This document shows, piece by piece, positions 1-8,601 of a DNA stretch of 41,881 bases. Source of the stretch: a virus (Duplodnaviria; Caudoviricetes); the IMG/VR virus record IMGVR_UViG_3300031519_000061, positions 1-41,881 of that record; one strand, 5' to 3'. The notes beneath the pieces are model-generated. The model was not told the DNA's origin. It saw only the letters and a program-made list of their open reading frames with translations, and made no database searches. How positions within the stretch are numbered: position 1 is the first letter of the stretch; each line of letters begins with the position of its first letter. The position numbers were made by a program, and so were the translations under genes.

Positions 1-125
1 ATGGGAAAGGTCAGAGCCCATTGAACTTGTGTATAAAAAATTACCTCTTTCCAATGTCTTGGCTGTGGCAGACTCACATGAAGCGCACTTTAAGATTAGA
101 TGGGACTAGAAATAGTTCCGTCTGA
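1..125 (+). ncRNA. Probable 3' part of a structured non-coding RNA (or intron), truncated by the window edge
   Basis: No ORF of 60 aa or more here. 13-bp stem 96-108/113-125 with a GAAA tetraloop and three internal G-U pairs plus one near the base; GGAAAG 4-9 pairs with CTTTCC 47-52; TGTG/CACA hairpin at about 64-78. GC content is higher than the following spacer. Confidence 0.4.
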
Positions 126-151
126 CTAAAACAATCTACATGAAACTTAAA

Positions 152-271
152 CATTATTACATTCGTAATAATGCAATTATATTATATTATTCATATATAA
201 ATCATTTAATCAAAACGAAGTGTATATAGTTTGAGCGTTTAGCGAAAACTATTTGTTACGTAGTAACAAAT
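152..271. repeat. Cluster of AT-rich inverted repeats
   Basis: CATTATTAC-attc-GTAATAATG (152-173), ATAGTTT...AAACTAT (226-252), ATTTGTTAC-gta-GTAACAAAT (251-271). Confidence 0.7.
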
Positions 272-298
272 CAAATATATCAATAAATATTATTATAG

Positions 299-306
299 GA
301 TAAATA
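299..306 (+). promoter_or_regulatory. T4-type late promoter (GATAAATA; a second copy AATAAATA at 282-289)
   Basis: One mismatch to the T4 late consensus TATAAATA, 28 nt upstream of ATG 334, with RBS AAGGA between. Confidence 0.6.
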
Positions 307-333
307 TTATCAGTTAACTATTAAGGAATAATC

Positions 334-1410
334 ATGAAGGTACATCACATCGTAGAAGCTGACACTGGAGCATGGGTTGCTAGGCGAGTTGGTAAGAAAA
401 TTTTAGTTATTCATTCTATTAGTGGAAATATAGTACCTGGAGGATTTAAAAATGGAGGCTCTGCAACACGGCTTGCTAACGAACTTAACAAGGCAGCACT
501 TGGTTCAAGCGTAACACCTGCACAAACAGCAGCCGCTGCTAAAGCTAGTGACGTAAAGGTAACACCAATAACTCCTAAAAAATTAAGTTTGTACCAAAAA
601 CTTGCAACTGTTGCTGGAAACTCAAAAAACCCAGTTATAAGTAAGGTTGGTAAAACCGCTTCTAAATTTGGTACGGCGGCCAAAGACGCTCCAAAAACTG
701 CTGGCTTACCTGGTGATAAAGACATACCTAAACCTAAAGCTACTGGAGCAATTAAAAAAATTAGAAACGGTATATTGAAAGTTTTTAAATCTTCTGTTTT
801 AGGTAGAGCTGTTTCTGCAATGATTTCACTAGAACAAATAACTTATAGTCTTGACGGTTACTTAATAGAATATCAAAAAGCTGGGTGTAAAACTACACGC
901 GAAGTAAATTATTGGCGAATTAAAATTGCAGATGAACTAATGACAGCTATAACAGCATTTTTCTTAGCTGGCGTAGCGACTGCTGTTGCATTAAAAGCAA
1001 CAACGGCAATTGCTGTAACATTTTTTGGATTTGTTCCTGGAGCTGGCTGGGTTGCAGCAGCACTTATTGGATTTATAGGTATTGTCGGCGGCGGAACACT
1101 TGCATACTTCTTAGGAAAATTAGCACAGAATACTCCACTTATGAAAGGTGCTGCAGATTACGTTGCTATTACAATGCTTCCTCCAAAACTATTAAATAAA
1201 GTTATGAAACCAGTATGTGAAAATTTAACCGAAAGTCAACTCAACGAAGCATTGTTGCATGAACAAGCACTTTACGAAGAAAATTTGAAATCTATTAAAA
1301 GTGATTTAACAAGAGCATCTTTAAACATGATTAAAGGTGATCCTAAAATGATGAAGATTGTAAAAGCTGCAATGAAGAAAGATCCTAAATCAGATCCACG
1401 GAACGGTTAA
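334..1410 (+). CDS. Putative internal head/ejection protein with hydrophobic helical hairpin
   Basis: 358 aa, basic. N-terminal MKVHHIVE and C-terminal LTE/LNE/LHE/LYE sites resemble gp21 (L/I-x-E) cleavage sites; long Gly/Ala-rich hydrophobic segment; late promoter and RBS. Confidence 0.55.
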   Translation: MKVHHIVEADTGAWVARRVGKKILVIHSISGNIVPGGFKNGGSATRLANELNKAALGSSVTPAQTAAAAKASDVKVTPITPKKLSLYQKLATVAGNSKNPVISKVGKTASKFGTAAKDAPKTAGLPGDKDIPKPKATGAIKKIRNGILKVFKSSVLGRAVSAMISLEQITYSLDGYLIEYQKAGCKTTREVNYWRIKIADELMTAITAFFLAGVATAVALKATTAIAVTFFGFVPGAGWVAAALIGFIGIVGGGTLAYFLGKLAQNTPLMKGAADYVAITMLPPKLLNKVMKPVCENLTESQLNEALLHEQALYEENLKSIKSDLTRASLNMIKGDPKMMKIVKAAMKKDPKSDPRNG

Positions 1411-1586
1411 AGTATTGGTAGTTTAGTTGTTTTCACTAATTCAATTTGTTCTTTAATAATTAAATTAAGAACTTCCCTATCATCATTTGAGATTACATGA
1501 AACAAATCATTGTGAGATAATGCACCGCGCATATGCCAACCAATTTTATATAAATTATATTTTAAATTTTTAATTTCTGTTTCCAT
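1407..1586 (-). CDS. gp51-like baseplate hub assembly protein / tail chaperone C-terminal module (59 aa, absent from the ORF track)
   Basis: Hand translation METEIKNLKYNLYKIGWHMRGALSHNDLFHVISNDDREVLNLIIKEQIELVKTTKLPIL*, directly downstream of gp26-like, matching the small gp51 of marine T4-like phages in size and position. Confidence 0.75.
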   Translation of the reverse strand: METEIKNLKYNLYKIGWHMRGALSHNDLFHVISNDDREVLNLIIKEQIELVKTTKLPIL

Positions 1587-1600
1587 AGACTCAGCGAGCT

Positions 1601-2464
1601 CTATAATGTCAGATTCCGGGAGCGGAACGAGTTGGTTCCGAAAAAACTTGAATAATCAACCCTAAGTGCAGTTTTCCATTCTGTGCCACAACCGTCTTCA
1701 TTACAAGTAATATTAAATTGTGGCAAACTCCATACGTTGCTCATTTCTTTTACTTTATCTACTAAAGAATTAAAAAATTGTGCATCGTTGGATAAAATAA
1801 ACTCTTTAATTGCGTCAAGATCTTGTTCTTCTTCTGTGCTTGCTGTATCTTGTATACTTGTAATGTAACTAATTGCAACTTCTAAATTTAAATTAGTCAA
1901 CTGTGCTAACACATCTTGCTGAAGTTTATCTTTGTTTTCGTCTTTTGATTGAGCAATTTGTACTAGTTGTTTGTCAAATACATACTGTCTATGTGAAAAC
2001 TCTGTCATTTGTTTGTAACTTAACGGCTTTAGAAGAATTTTTAAATCATCAACAATAATATGATCGTTAGTTGGCAAATCTAAAAATGTTTCTAACACTT
2101 TACCTAAATTTACATCCATACCAGTTTCGCTACTACATTTTGGACATTTTGATGTAATAGGCATTTTATCACCATATGTTGCTACCCTTATAGATAATAA
2201 TACATGATCAATGTCGTAGCCTACTAGCATCCAAGGATTAATAATTGCAGGAATACAACTTTTAATAATTTGTACAGTAGCTTCACCAGTAAATAAAGCA
2301 TCTGGAGTTTTTAGTAATATTTCATCCATTGCATTCATACCAAAAACTGGTAATTGAGTATATTGTTGATCCTGTACGATAGAACCATCATAAAATCTAC
2401 CAAGACTAGGTAACTCTATGTATAGCTTAGGCTGTCTTTGTTTATCTTTTAAAAAATTACTCAT
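1601..2464 (-). CDS. gp26: T4 gp26-like baseplate hub subunit / tail assembly chaperone
   Basis: P-x-L-Y-I-E-L-P-S N-terminus, DEILL, D..LLSIRVATYG, CPKC Zn-knuckle, second C..C pair and near-terminal FF, all typical of gp26-family proteins. Confidence 0.8.
   Translation of the reverse strand: MSNFLKDKQRQPKLYIELPSLGRFYDGSIVQDQQYTQLPVFGMNAMDEILLKTPDALFTGEATVQIIKSCIPAIINPWMLVGYDIDHVLLSIRVATYGDKMPITSKCPKCSSETGMDVNLGKVLETFLDLPTNDHIIVDDLKILLKPLSYKQMTEFSHRQYVFDKQLVQIAQSKDENKDKLQQDVLAQLTNLNLEVAISYITSIQDTASTEEEQDLDAIKEFILSNDAQFFNSLVDKVKEMSNVWSLPQFNITCNEDGCGTEWKTALRVDYSSFFGTNSFRSRNLTL
1640..1646 (-). promoter_or_regulatory. Candidate -1 ribosomal frameshift heptamer U UUU UUC
   Basis: In-phase X XXY YYZ site at the SSFF codons. 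The -1 frame is open through to the 1586-1407 ORF, and a GC-rich stem follows. Confidence 0.7.
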
Positions 2465-2475
2465 TTGAGTATCCG

Positions 2476-2505
2476 TATAAATACATGTGCATACTGTTAT
2501 TTAGT
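2476..2505. promoter_or_regulatory. Opposed pair of late promoters serving the divergent genes
   Basis: TATAAATA on + at 2476-2483 and ACTAAATA on - at 2505-2498, in the 83-nt gap between divergent genes. Confidence 0.65.
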
Positions 2506-2547
2506 TATGCAAAATACATATTATTTAAAAGTGAGTGTTAATAAAAA

Positions 2548-4746
2548 ATGACCCAAGAAGAACTGCTCCAGGCAATATTAGAAGAAACGAGGAAGAATAA
2601 TTCCTCGTCACCGACGGCACCTTCTGCGCCGGGAGTAAGTCGCCTTCCTGGAGCCAAAGATATTGACTCTGCTTTAGGTGCAATGAAGAATTCAATTGCC
2701 CAAGGCGGCGGATCTATTAGTGATTTTAGTAGAGGTGTAGAAAGCCTTGTACCAAACATTCCTCTCTTAAAACAATTAACAGGCGGTGCAGTAGGCGGAC
2801 TTCAGTATATTGAACAGTTACAAGACACATTTAATATGTTGTCAAAAGTAGGAGCAGGTGGTGCAGGTGATTTAGGAGAACTACAAAGACTTGCAGGTGA
2901 AGCAAATCTAGCGTTGCCTACATTTGCTAATTTGGTTGCACAGAATAGTGAATTACTAGCAGGTTTTGCCGGAGGAGTTGACGCTGGTAAGAGGCGATTT
3001 GTTGCTCTAAACAAAGAATTATACGATACTGGGTTAATAAGCCAATTTAAAAACTTAGGATTTTCATCAGAAGAAGCATCAGAGTTTGTGCTTACAAATA
3101 TGGATTCAATGCGTAGATCTGCAAGATTGCAAGGTCTAACCGATGCTGAACAAGTTGCAGTGGCTGCAGACTTAGCTAAAAATCTATCTGTAGTTGCAAA
3201 ACTAACTGGTAAAGATGCTAAAGGCCTGCAAGACGAAATGGTAGCAAGACAGCGTGATGGCGCTACTATAGGTGCTATACGATTAAAAGAAATGAATGGC
3301 GCGGCAAATGCCGCAGAGAATTACGATGCAATATTAGCGGCTACTTCGGGATTACCTAAAGTTGCACAAGATCTTATTAAAGATCAAATCCAATTACAAG
3401 CACCATTATCAGAAGCTACACAAGGCTTTGCTGCTATTAACAGTAGAGCAAATGACATAGCCGCACAACTTAATAATGCATTAGATAGAGGAGCAAGTAA
3501 AGAAGAAGTTACACGATTAGCTGATGAATATGCTGCGGCTGTTACAGGGTTTGCCGCTACAGCCGAGGGCGCTCGTATTTCAACACTTGCCCAAGTAAGT
3601 GGCGTTGGTGAAACACAGGCCGGTGTGCTAGGAGAGTTAAAACCTCAAATTGATGCACTAGATGAAATTATAAGTGGTAATGTAACCGCTATGACTACTG
3701 CTGGACAAGCAGCTGATGCATATTTAGAAAATGTAAGAAAATTACGTGATGGTGTAGACCAACAAGCTAACTTAGACAAAAAAAGAGGTCCAGGTCAAGT
3801 TGCACTAAATTTTGTAAATGAAGGTCAGGTAGCATTAGCAGAAGCTTCAGGAACTATTAACGAAGACATTGGTAGACAAGTACAAAGTAATACTGCATTA
3901 GTTAGTGCTTTAAATTCTGGTTCTGCACTATTTCAACAAATACCTGAAAAGTTTCAAACACTTTACGATGGCATAACGGCTGTATTACCAGGTATAGATC
4001 AATCAGAGTTAGTTGCAAATCTCGAAGCTAATTTAGGTCAAATGATGGACGGCCCAGACGGTCCGTTCAAGGTTACCCAAGATTTAATCGACCGAACAAT
4101 TGCGTCAAATGATGCAACAAAGACTGGTAATGAGCAACAATCACTGCTCCCAAGTGAACTGTTCGATGCCGACGGCAATATGAAAGTAAATGTAGTAAAA
4201 GCATTAGGAAGCAGCGGCAGAGACTCTGAAGGAACGGAGTCAGTTGAAAGTACAGCAGAAGAAGCGAAAGGTTTCTTTTCAAGGATGTTTGGTTTTGACT
4301 CAGGCACACTAGGCAAAACTGGTAGCTTATTCAAAGACTTTGGAGCAGGAATGCCTGCTATGTTACATGGATTAGAAGCTGTAATTCCTAAGGATAGTCC
4401 ACAAGGTGAATTATTAGGTGCATTTCCAAGCGGACTAGACAGTGTTAGTAGCATGATGCAAAACGTTGCAACTAAGTTTGATCCTGGTGCAATGACTGAC
4501 CAAATGAAAAATATGATGCAAACAGGTGGTATTCCCCTGTCCGAGAAAGACAAAATGATGGCGGCATTAAATCCCCAACAAAATACTAGTTCAACAGGAA
4601 CTACGTCAGAAGATGGGATCGAAAGTCTGAATATGACAATGAAACAGCTAGTTCAAATAAATAGTAGACAGTTACAAGAACTGCAAAAACAATTAAAAGC
4701 TGTTAAAGGTATGGATGGCAACGTACTAACCAACGTAGGAATATAA
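2548..4746 (+). CDS. Tape-measure-like / baseplate hub (gp29-like) protein
   Basis: 732 aa, Ala/Gly/Gln-rich and helical-looking, with an LHGLEAVIP motif near the C-terminus, a terminal coiled coil, and a position next to the gp26/gp51 pair. Confidence 0.65.
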   Translation: MTQEELLQAILEETRKNNSSSPTAPSAPGVSRLPGAKDIDSALGAMKNSIAQGGGSISDFSRGVESLVPNIPLLKQLTGGAVGGLQYIEQLQDTFNMLSKVGAGGAGDLGELQRLAGEANLALPTFANLVAQNSELLAGFAGGVDAGKRRFVALNKELYDTGLISQFKNLGFSSEEASEFVLTNMDSMRRSARLQGLTDAEQVAVAADLAKNLSVVAKLTGKDAKGLQDEMVARQRDGATIGAIRLKEMNGAANAAENYDAILAATSGLPKVAQDLIKDQIQLQAPLSEATQGFAAINSRANDIAAQLNNALDRGASKEEVTRLADEYAAAVTGFAATAEGARISTLAQVSGVGETQAGVLGELKPQIDALDEIISGNVTAMTTAGQAADAYLENVRKLRDGVDQQANLDKKRGPGQVALNFVNEGQVALAEASGTINEDIGRQVQSNTALVSALNSGSALFQQIPEKFQTLYDGITAVLPGIDQSELVANLEANLGQMMDGPDGPFKVTQDLIDRTIASNDATKTGNEQQSLLPSELFDADGNMKVNVVKALGSSGRDSEGTESVESTAEEAKGFFSRMFGFDSGTLGKTGSLFKDFGAGMPAMLHGLEAVIPKDSPQGELLGAFPSGLDSVSSMMQNVATKFDPGAMTDQMKNMMQTGGIPLSEKDKMMAALNPQQNTSSTGTTSEDGIESLNMTMKQLVQINSRQLQELQKQLKAVKGMDGNVLTNVGI

Positions 4747-6489
4747 ATGAGCTGGAAAAAATACTTTACTCCTGTTAACACAGGTAATGATACAACAGGA
4801 AATTATTCTCCTATAAACGGACAAAATGCTGTAAACCAGCCAGGCCCTGCTCGCAGTAATTATTCAAGTTATTTGCCTGATGTGTATACAGGAACTCCTA
4901 ATAGAATTGATCGATACGGTCAGTATAATACAATGGATAGCGACAGTGAAGTTAATGCCGCTCTTGATATTCTTGCAGAATTCTGTACGCAAAAACATGC
5001 ACAAAACGGTACACACTTTACATTTAACTATCACAAATCAGCAACAAATGCCGAAGTGCAAATACTTGGACAATATTTAAAACAATGGTATAAACTTAAT
5101 AACTTTGAAAAGAGAATGTTTCGTCTTGTACGTAATGTTTTTAAATATGGCGATGGGTTTTTCTTAAGAGATCCAGAAACTAAAAAACTTTATCATGTTG
5201 ATCCTGCAAAAGTTCACAGAATTATTGTAAACGAAAGCGAAGGAAAAACACCAGAGCAGTATATTGTAAAAGATATACAGTTTAACTTTAGAGATTTAGT
5301 TGCAACTAAGCCACACGTTACTAATGGAAACATTACAGGTGGTGGTGCTGGATACCAAACAGGCGGCGCTAGAGGAATGGTTGGCAATGTTGCAAGTCAA
5401 CACGGAAATAGATTTACAGTTGAAGATGGTGAAGTTGCTGTAGCAGGCGAACACATGTTTCATTTAAGTTTAAGTGAAGGATTAGACAATAACTATCCTT
5501 TTGGTAATAGCTTACTTGAAAGTATTTTTAAAGTATACAAGCAAAAAGAATTACTTGAAGATGCTATTATTATCTATCGTGTGCAACGTGCTCCAGAACG
5601 TAGAGTATTTTATGTTGACGTAGGTAACATGCCAAGTCACTTAGCAATGCAATTTGTTGAACGTGTTAAAACAGAAATACACCAAAGACGAATTCCAAGT
5701 AAAACAGGCGGAGGCACTAACGTAATCGACAGTGCATATAATCCGTTATCAACAAATGAAGATTACTTCTTCCCACAAACTGCTGAAGGTAGAGGTTCTA
5801 AAGTTGAAACACTGCCAGGCGGTACTAACCTTGGAGAAATTGATGACCTTAGATATTTTACTAATAAGCTCGTACGCGGTTTACGAATCCCTAGCAGCTA
5901 TCTACCTACCGGCGCTGATGATTCAGCAGCGAGTTATAACGACGGCAGAGTAGGCACAGCATTTATTCAAGAGTTAAGATTTAATACTTACTGTGAACGT
6001 TTACAAAATTTAATAGCAGATGAATTTGATCAAGAATTTAAAAGATATCTATTAGAAAAAGGTGTTAACATTGACACTGGAATGTTTGATCTTAAATTCC
6101 AACCTCCACAGAACTTTGCTGCTTATAGACAAACAGAGTTAGACAACCAAAGAATTGGTACATGGTCGCAAATACAAGCTATACCTTATATTAGTAATAG
6201 ATTTGCTCTTGAAAGATTCTTAGGCCTAAGCACAGAAGACATTGCAAAGAACGAACGCTTGTGGAGAGAAGAAAACGAAGAAACGTTAGCACCTACAGAT
6301 GAAGATGCAAGCGGCGAAATGCGCGGAGTGGGTATTAGTAGTGCTGGTATTAGTGCAGACATTGATGGTGCAGAAACATCAGCAGAGATTGAAGGTGGCG
6401 AAGATGGTGGCGAAGGCGCACCACCAGAAACTGCAACTGGTGAAGAATTAGGCGGCGGCCAACCCGCCGGTGGCGAAGACACAATATAA
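4747..6489 (+). CDS. gp20: Portal vertex protein
   Basis: Hallmark T4 gp20 motifs LLEDAIIIYRVQRAPERRVFYVDVGNMP, EDYFFP, GSKVETLPGG, LRIPSSYL; acidic Gly-rich tail. Confidence 0.97.
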   Translation: MSWKKYFTPVNTGNDTTGNYSPINGQNAVNQPGPARSNYSSYLPDVYTGTPNRIDRYGQYNTMDSDSEVNAALDILAEFCTQKHAQNGTHFTFNYHKSATNAEVQILGQYLKQWYKLNNFEKRMFRLVRNVFKYGDGFFLRDPETKKLYHVDPAKVHRIIVNESEGKTPEQYIVKDIQFNFRDLVATKPHVTNGNITGGGAGYQTGGARGMVGNVASQHGNRFTVEDGEVAVAGEHMFHLSLSEGLDNNYPFGNSLLESIFKVYKQKELLEDAIIIYRVQRAPERRVFYVDVGNMPSHLAMQFVERVKTEIHQRRIPSKTGGGTNVIDSAYNPLSTNEDYFFPQTAEGRGSKVETLPGGTNLGEIDDLRYFTNKLVRGLRIPSSYLPTGADDSAASYNDGRVGTAFIQELRFNTYCERLQNLIADEFDQEFKRYLLEKGVNIDTGMFDLKFQPPQNFAAYRQTELDNQRIGTWSQIQAIPYISNRFALERFLGLSTEDIAKNERLWREENEETLAPTDEDASGEMRGVGISSAGISADIDGAETSAEIEGGEDGGEGAPPETATGEELGGGQPAGGEDTI

Positions 6490-6491
6490 AG

Positions 6492-6499
6492 TATAAATA
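6492..6499 (+). promoter_or_regulatory. Late promoter TATAAATA
   Basis: Exact T4 late consensus in the gap after the portal gene. Confidence 0.75.
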
Positions 6500-6504
6500 A
6501 CATT

Positions 6505-6753
6505 ATGATACTGAGAGAACTATTTCATTACGATAAAGAAACTGCTGAACCTGTTGAAGATAACAGGTATGAACCTCAGTATGATCAATCTATTATTGAT
6601 CTTGACGATACCCGTAAAACACGACTGACTCTAAGTCAGATAAATCGTGCCCGCAAAGCAAGCGAGCTACATACACAAGAGAAGGCTAAAGAAGTAGTCT
6701 TCGTTAGACAAATGTATGGTATGGCAGCGAACGCTGAGGCGGTCGGGGTATGA
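6505..6753 (+). CDS. Small head-module protein
   Basis: 82 aa between portal and core genes, MILRE N-terminus, basic helical C-half (DTRKTRLTLSQINRARK). Family not assigned. Confidence 0.7.
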   Translation: MILRELFHYDKETAEPVEDNRYEPQYDQSIIDLDDTRKTRLTLSQINRARKASELHTQEKAKEVVFVRQMYGMAANAEAVGV

Positions 6754-6756
6754 TAA

Positions 6757-7497
6757 TTGGCAAAACTAGATAAAAGAAACTACACAAAAGAACAATGGCA
6801 ACTAATAAAGATTGAGCGTAAAGCACAAAAACAAATACGACGATCTCAAAAAGCAGCCAAACGTTTAGTACAAGAACCTCCACAATATATAGAAAAAGCA
6901 CAAATACGCCAAAGGCACGGAACTGCTTTTGTACTTGGTAACGGCACTAGTAGAAGTCCTATTAATGTCGAAGATCTTGCTCCTATTGGAAACACTTACG
7001 GATGTAATGCTTTATATAGATCATTTGCACCGGATTATCTTATTGCAGTTGATGTAAAGATGATTTTAGAAATATCAAAAGCAGGTTACCAGCGCAAACA
7101 AACTGTTTGGACAAATCCAAACAAAGCATATCAAAGAATTCCAGATTTAAATTTATTTAATCCAAGTAAAGGATGGAGTAGTGGACCAACAGCACTTTGG
7201 CTTGCATCACAGCACGGATATGATAGAATATACATACTCGGCTTTGATTACAGGGGTCTCGGAACACAATTTAATAATGTGTTTGCTGATACTCCTAATT
7301 ATAAAAAAAGTCAAGACGGCGCAACTTTTTTTGGAAACTGGTTGCGTCAAACAGTGTCTGTAGTGCGTGAACATAAAAATATTCAGTATGTACGGGTAAT
7401 AGCATCTGATAACTATTGCCCTGAGGAACTAAATAAATTGAGTAACTACACTACAATCACAGTTGAAGATTTTGTCAAATTACATCAACTTTCCTGA
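6757..7497 (+). CDS. DUF115/MptE-like Rossmann-fold protein (possible glycosyltransferase)
   Basis: Motifs AFVLGNGTSR, YGCNALYR..PDYL.AVD, SSGPTALWLA, IYILGFD. TTG start is uncertain. Confidence 0.65.
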   Translation: MAKLDKRNYTKEQWQLIKIERKAQKQIRRSQKAAKRLVQEPPQYIEKAQIRQRHGTAFVLGNGTSRSPINVEDLAPIGNTYGCNALYRSFAPDYLIAVDVKMILEISKAGYQRKQTVWTNPNKAYQRIPDLNLFNPSKGWSSGPTALWLASQHGYDRIYILGFDYRGLGTQFNNVFADTPNYKKSQDGATFFGNWLRQTVSVVREHKNIQYVRVIASDNYCPEELNKLSNYTTITVEDFVKLHQLS

Positions 7498-7553
7498 CGT
7501 TTAGCCAAAACACCCCGTTTTTGGCCTATTTCTACGTACATTTTGCCTACCCC

Positions 7554-7561
7554 ACTAAATA
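7554..7561 (+). promoter_or_regulatory. Late promoter (ACTAAATA) of the core-protease-scaffold-capsid operon
   Basis: TAAATA core in an intergenic gap, followed by a small TTACC-ata-GGTAA hairpin and an AGGAG RBS. Confidence 0.6.
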
Positions 7562-7606
7562 CACATGACAGCCTTACCATAGGTAAACATTTATTAGGAG
7601 AAAATA

Positions 7607-8587
7607 ATGGCAGATTTAAACAAATTTGAAGAGATGCTAGAGCATCTTGTAAATAACGACCGCTCAAAGGCGGAAGAGATTTTCCACGAGATTGTAGTGG
7701 CAAAATCAAGAGATATCTACGAAAATCTTTTAACAGACGATGTTGAAGATGATGAAGTAGACGAAGCTACTGATGAAGAAGTAGATGAGTCAGATTCAGA
7801 TGAAGATCTAGATGAAACAACTGATGAAGAAGTTGATGAGTCAGATGACGAAGATGAAGATGATGACGAAAAAACTAACGAAAATTTTAACCTTGACGAG
7901 TTTGAAGTAGAAGGTGAACCAGAAATGGATATGGGCATGGGCGGTGGTGATACTGTTGATGACATGGAAATGGATATGGGCGCACCAGACGGTGAAATGG
8001 ATATGGACGCCGACGGCGAAGATGACGATACACCAGCTACAATGGGCGACATTAAAGATTTAGAAGCTGAGCTAGAAGATCTAAAAGCAGAGTTTGAAAA
8101 CATGCTTGGTGATGACGAAGGCGAAGAAGGCGACGACATGGATGATGACGCTGAAGGTGACGACGAGATGGACATGGGCGACGATGAAGAAGGTGAAGAT
8201 GAATCACTTAACTTCGAAGCTAGTGACGACGAAGTAGAAGAAGCTGATGATAAGTCAGAAAAATCTGCAGGTGAGCAAATGCGTGAGTATGTTGAAAAAG
8301 TAACTGCTACAATGGGTGACAATGGTGCAAACGCCAAGTCAGTCGTAGCAGGTAAAAACGACATGGGCGGCACTGCTTCAAACTTGGTAAAAGGCGGAGA
8401 AGCTGATACTAAAGGTACAACAGGTGGACTAGCGGCAAATACTACTAAAGATATGTCAACAGGAAACGTCAATGTACCGGGCGGTAAAGCAGCAAAATCA
8501 ATGTCAAAAAATCCAAAAGGCCATGGCGCTGAGAAAAAAGGCGCAGGCGAAAATGCTGCTGACAAGAAGTCGATGATAGGCAGCTAA
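7607..8587 (+). CDS. Highly acidic prohead core protein (gp67-like position)
   Basis: Asp/Glu-rich low-complexity centre, many V/L-x-E sites, located just upstream of the prohead protease, strong RBS. Confidence 0.75.
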   Translation: MADLNKFEEMLEHLVNNDRSKAEEIFHEIVVAKSRDIYENLLTDDVEDDEVDEATDEEVDESDSDEDLDETTDEEVDESDDEDEDDDEKTNENFNLDEFEVEGEPEMDMGMGGGDTVDDMEMDMGAPDGEMDMDADGEDDDTPATMGDIKDLEAELEDLKAEFENMLGDDEGEEGDDMDDDAEGDDEMDMGDDEEGEDESLNFEASDDEVEEADDKSEKSAGEQMREYVEKVTATMGDNGANAKSVVAGKNDMGGTASNLVKGGEADTKGTTGGLAANTTKDMSTGNVNVPGGKAAKSMSKNPKGHGAEKKGAGENAADKKSMIGS

Positions 8588-8601
8588 TTGGGGACTAACA
8601 G

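Noticed and set aside
7717-8565. 282-aa Ser-rich ORF on the minus strand
   Set aside because: Antisense shadow of the GAT/GAC/GAA-rich acidic gene; no RBS or promoter.
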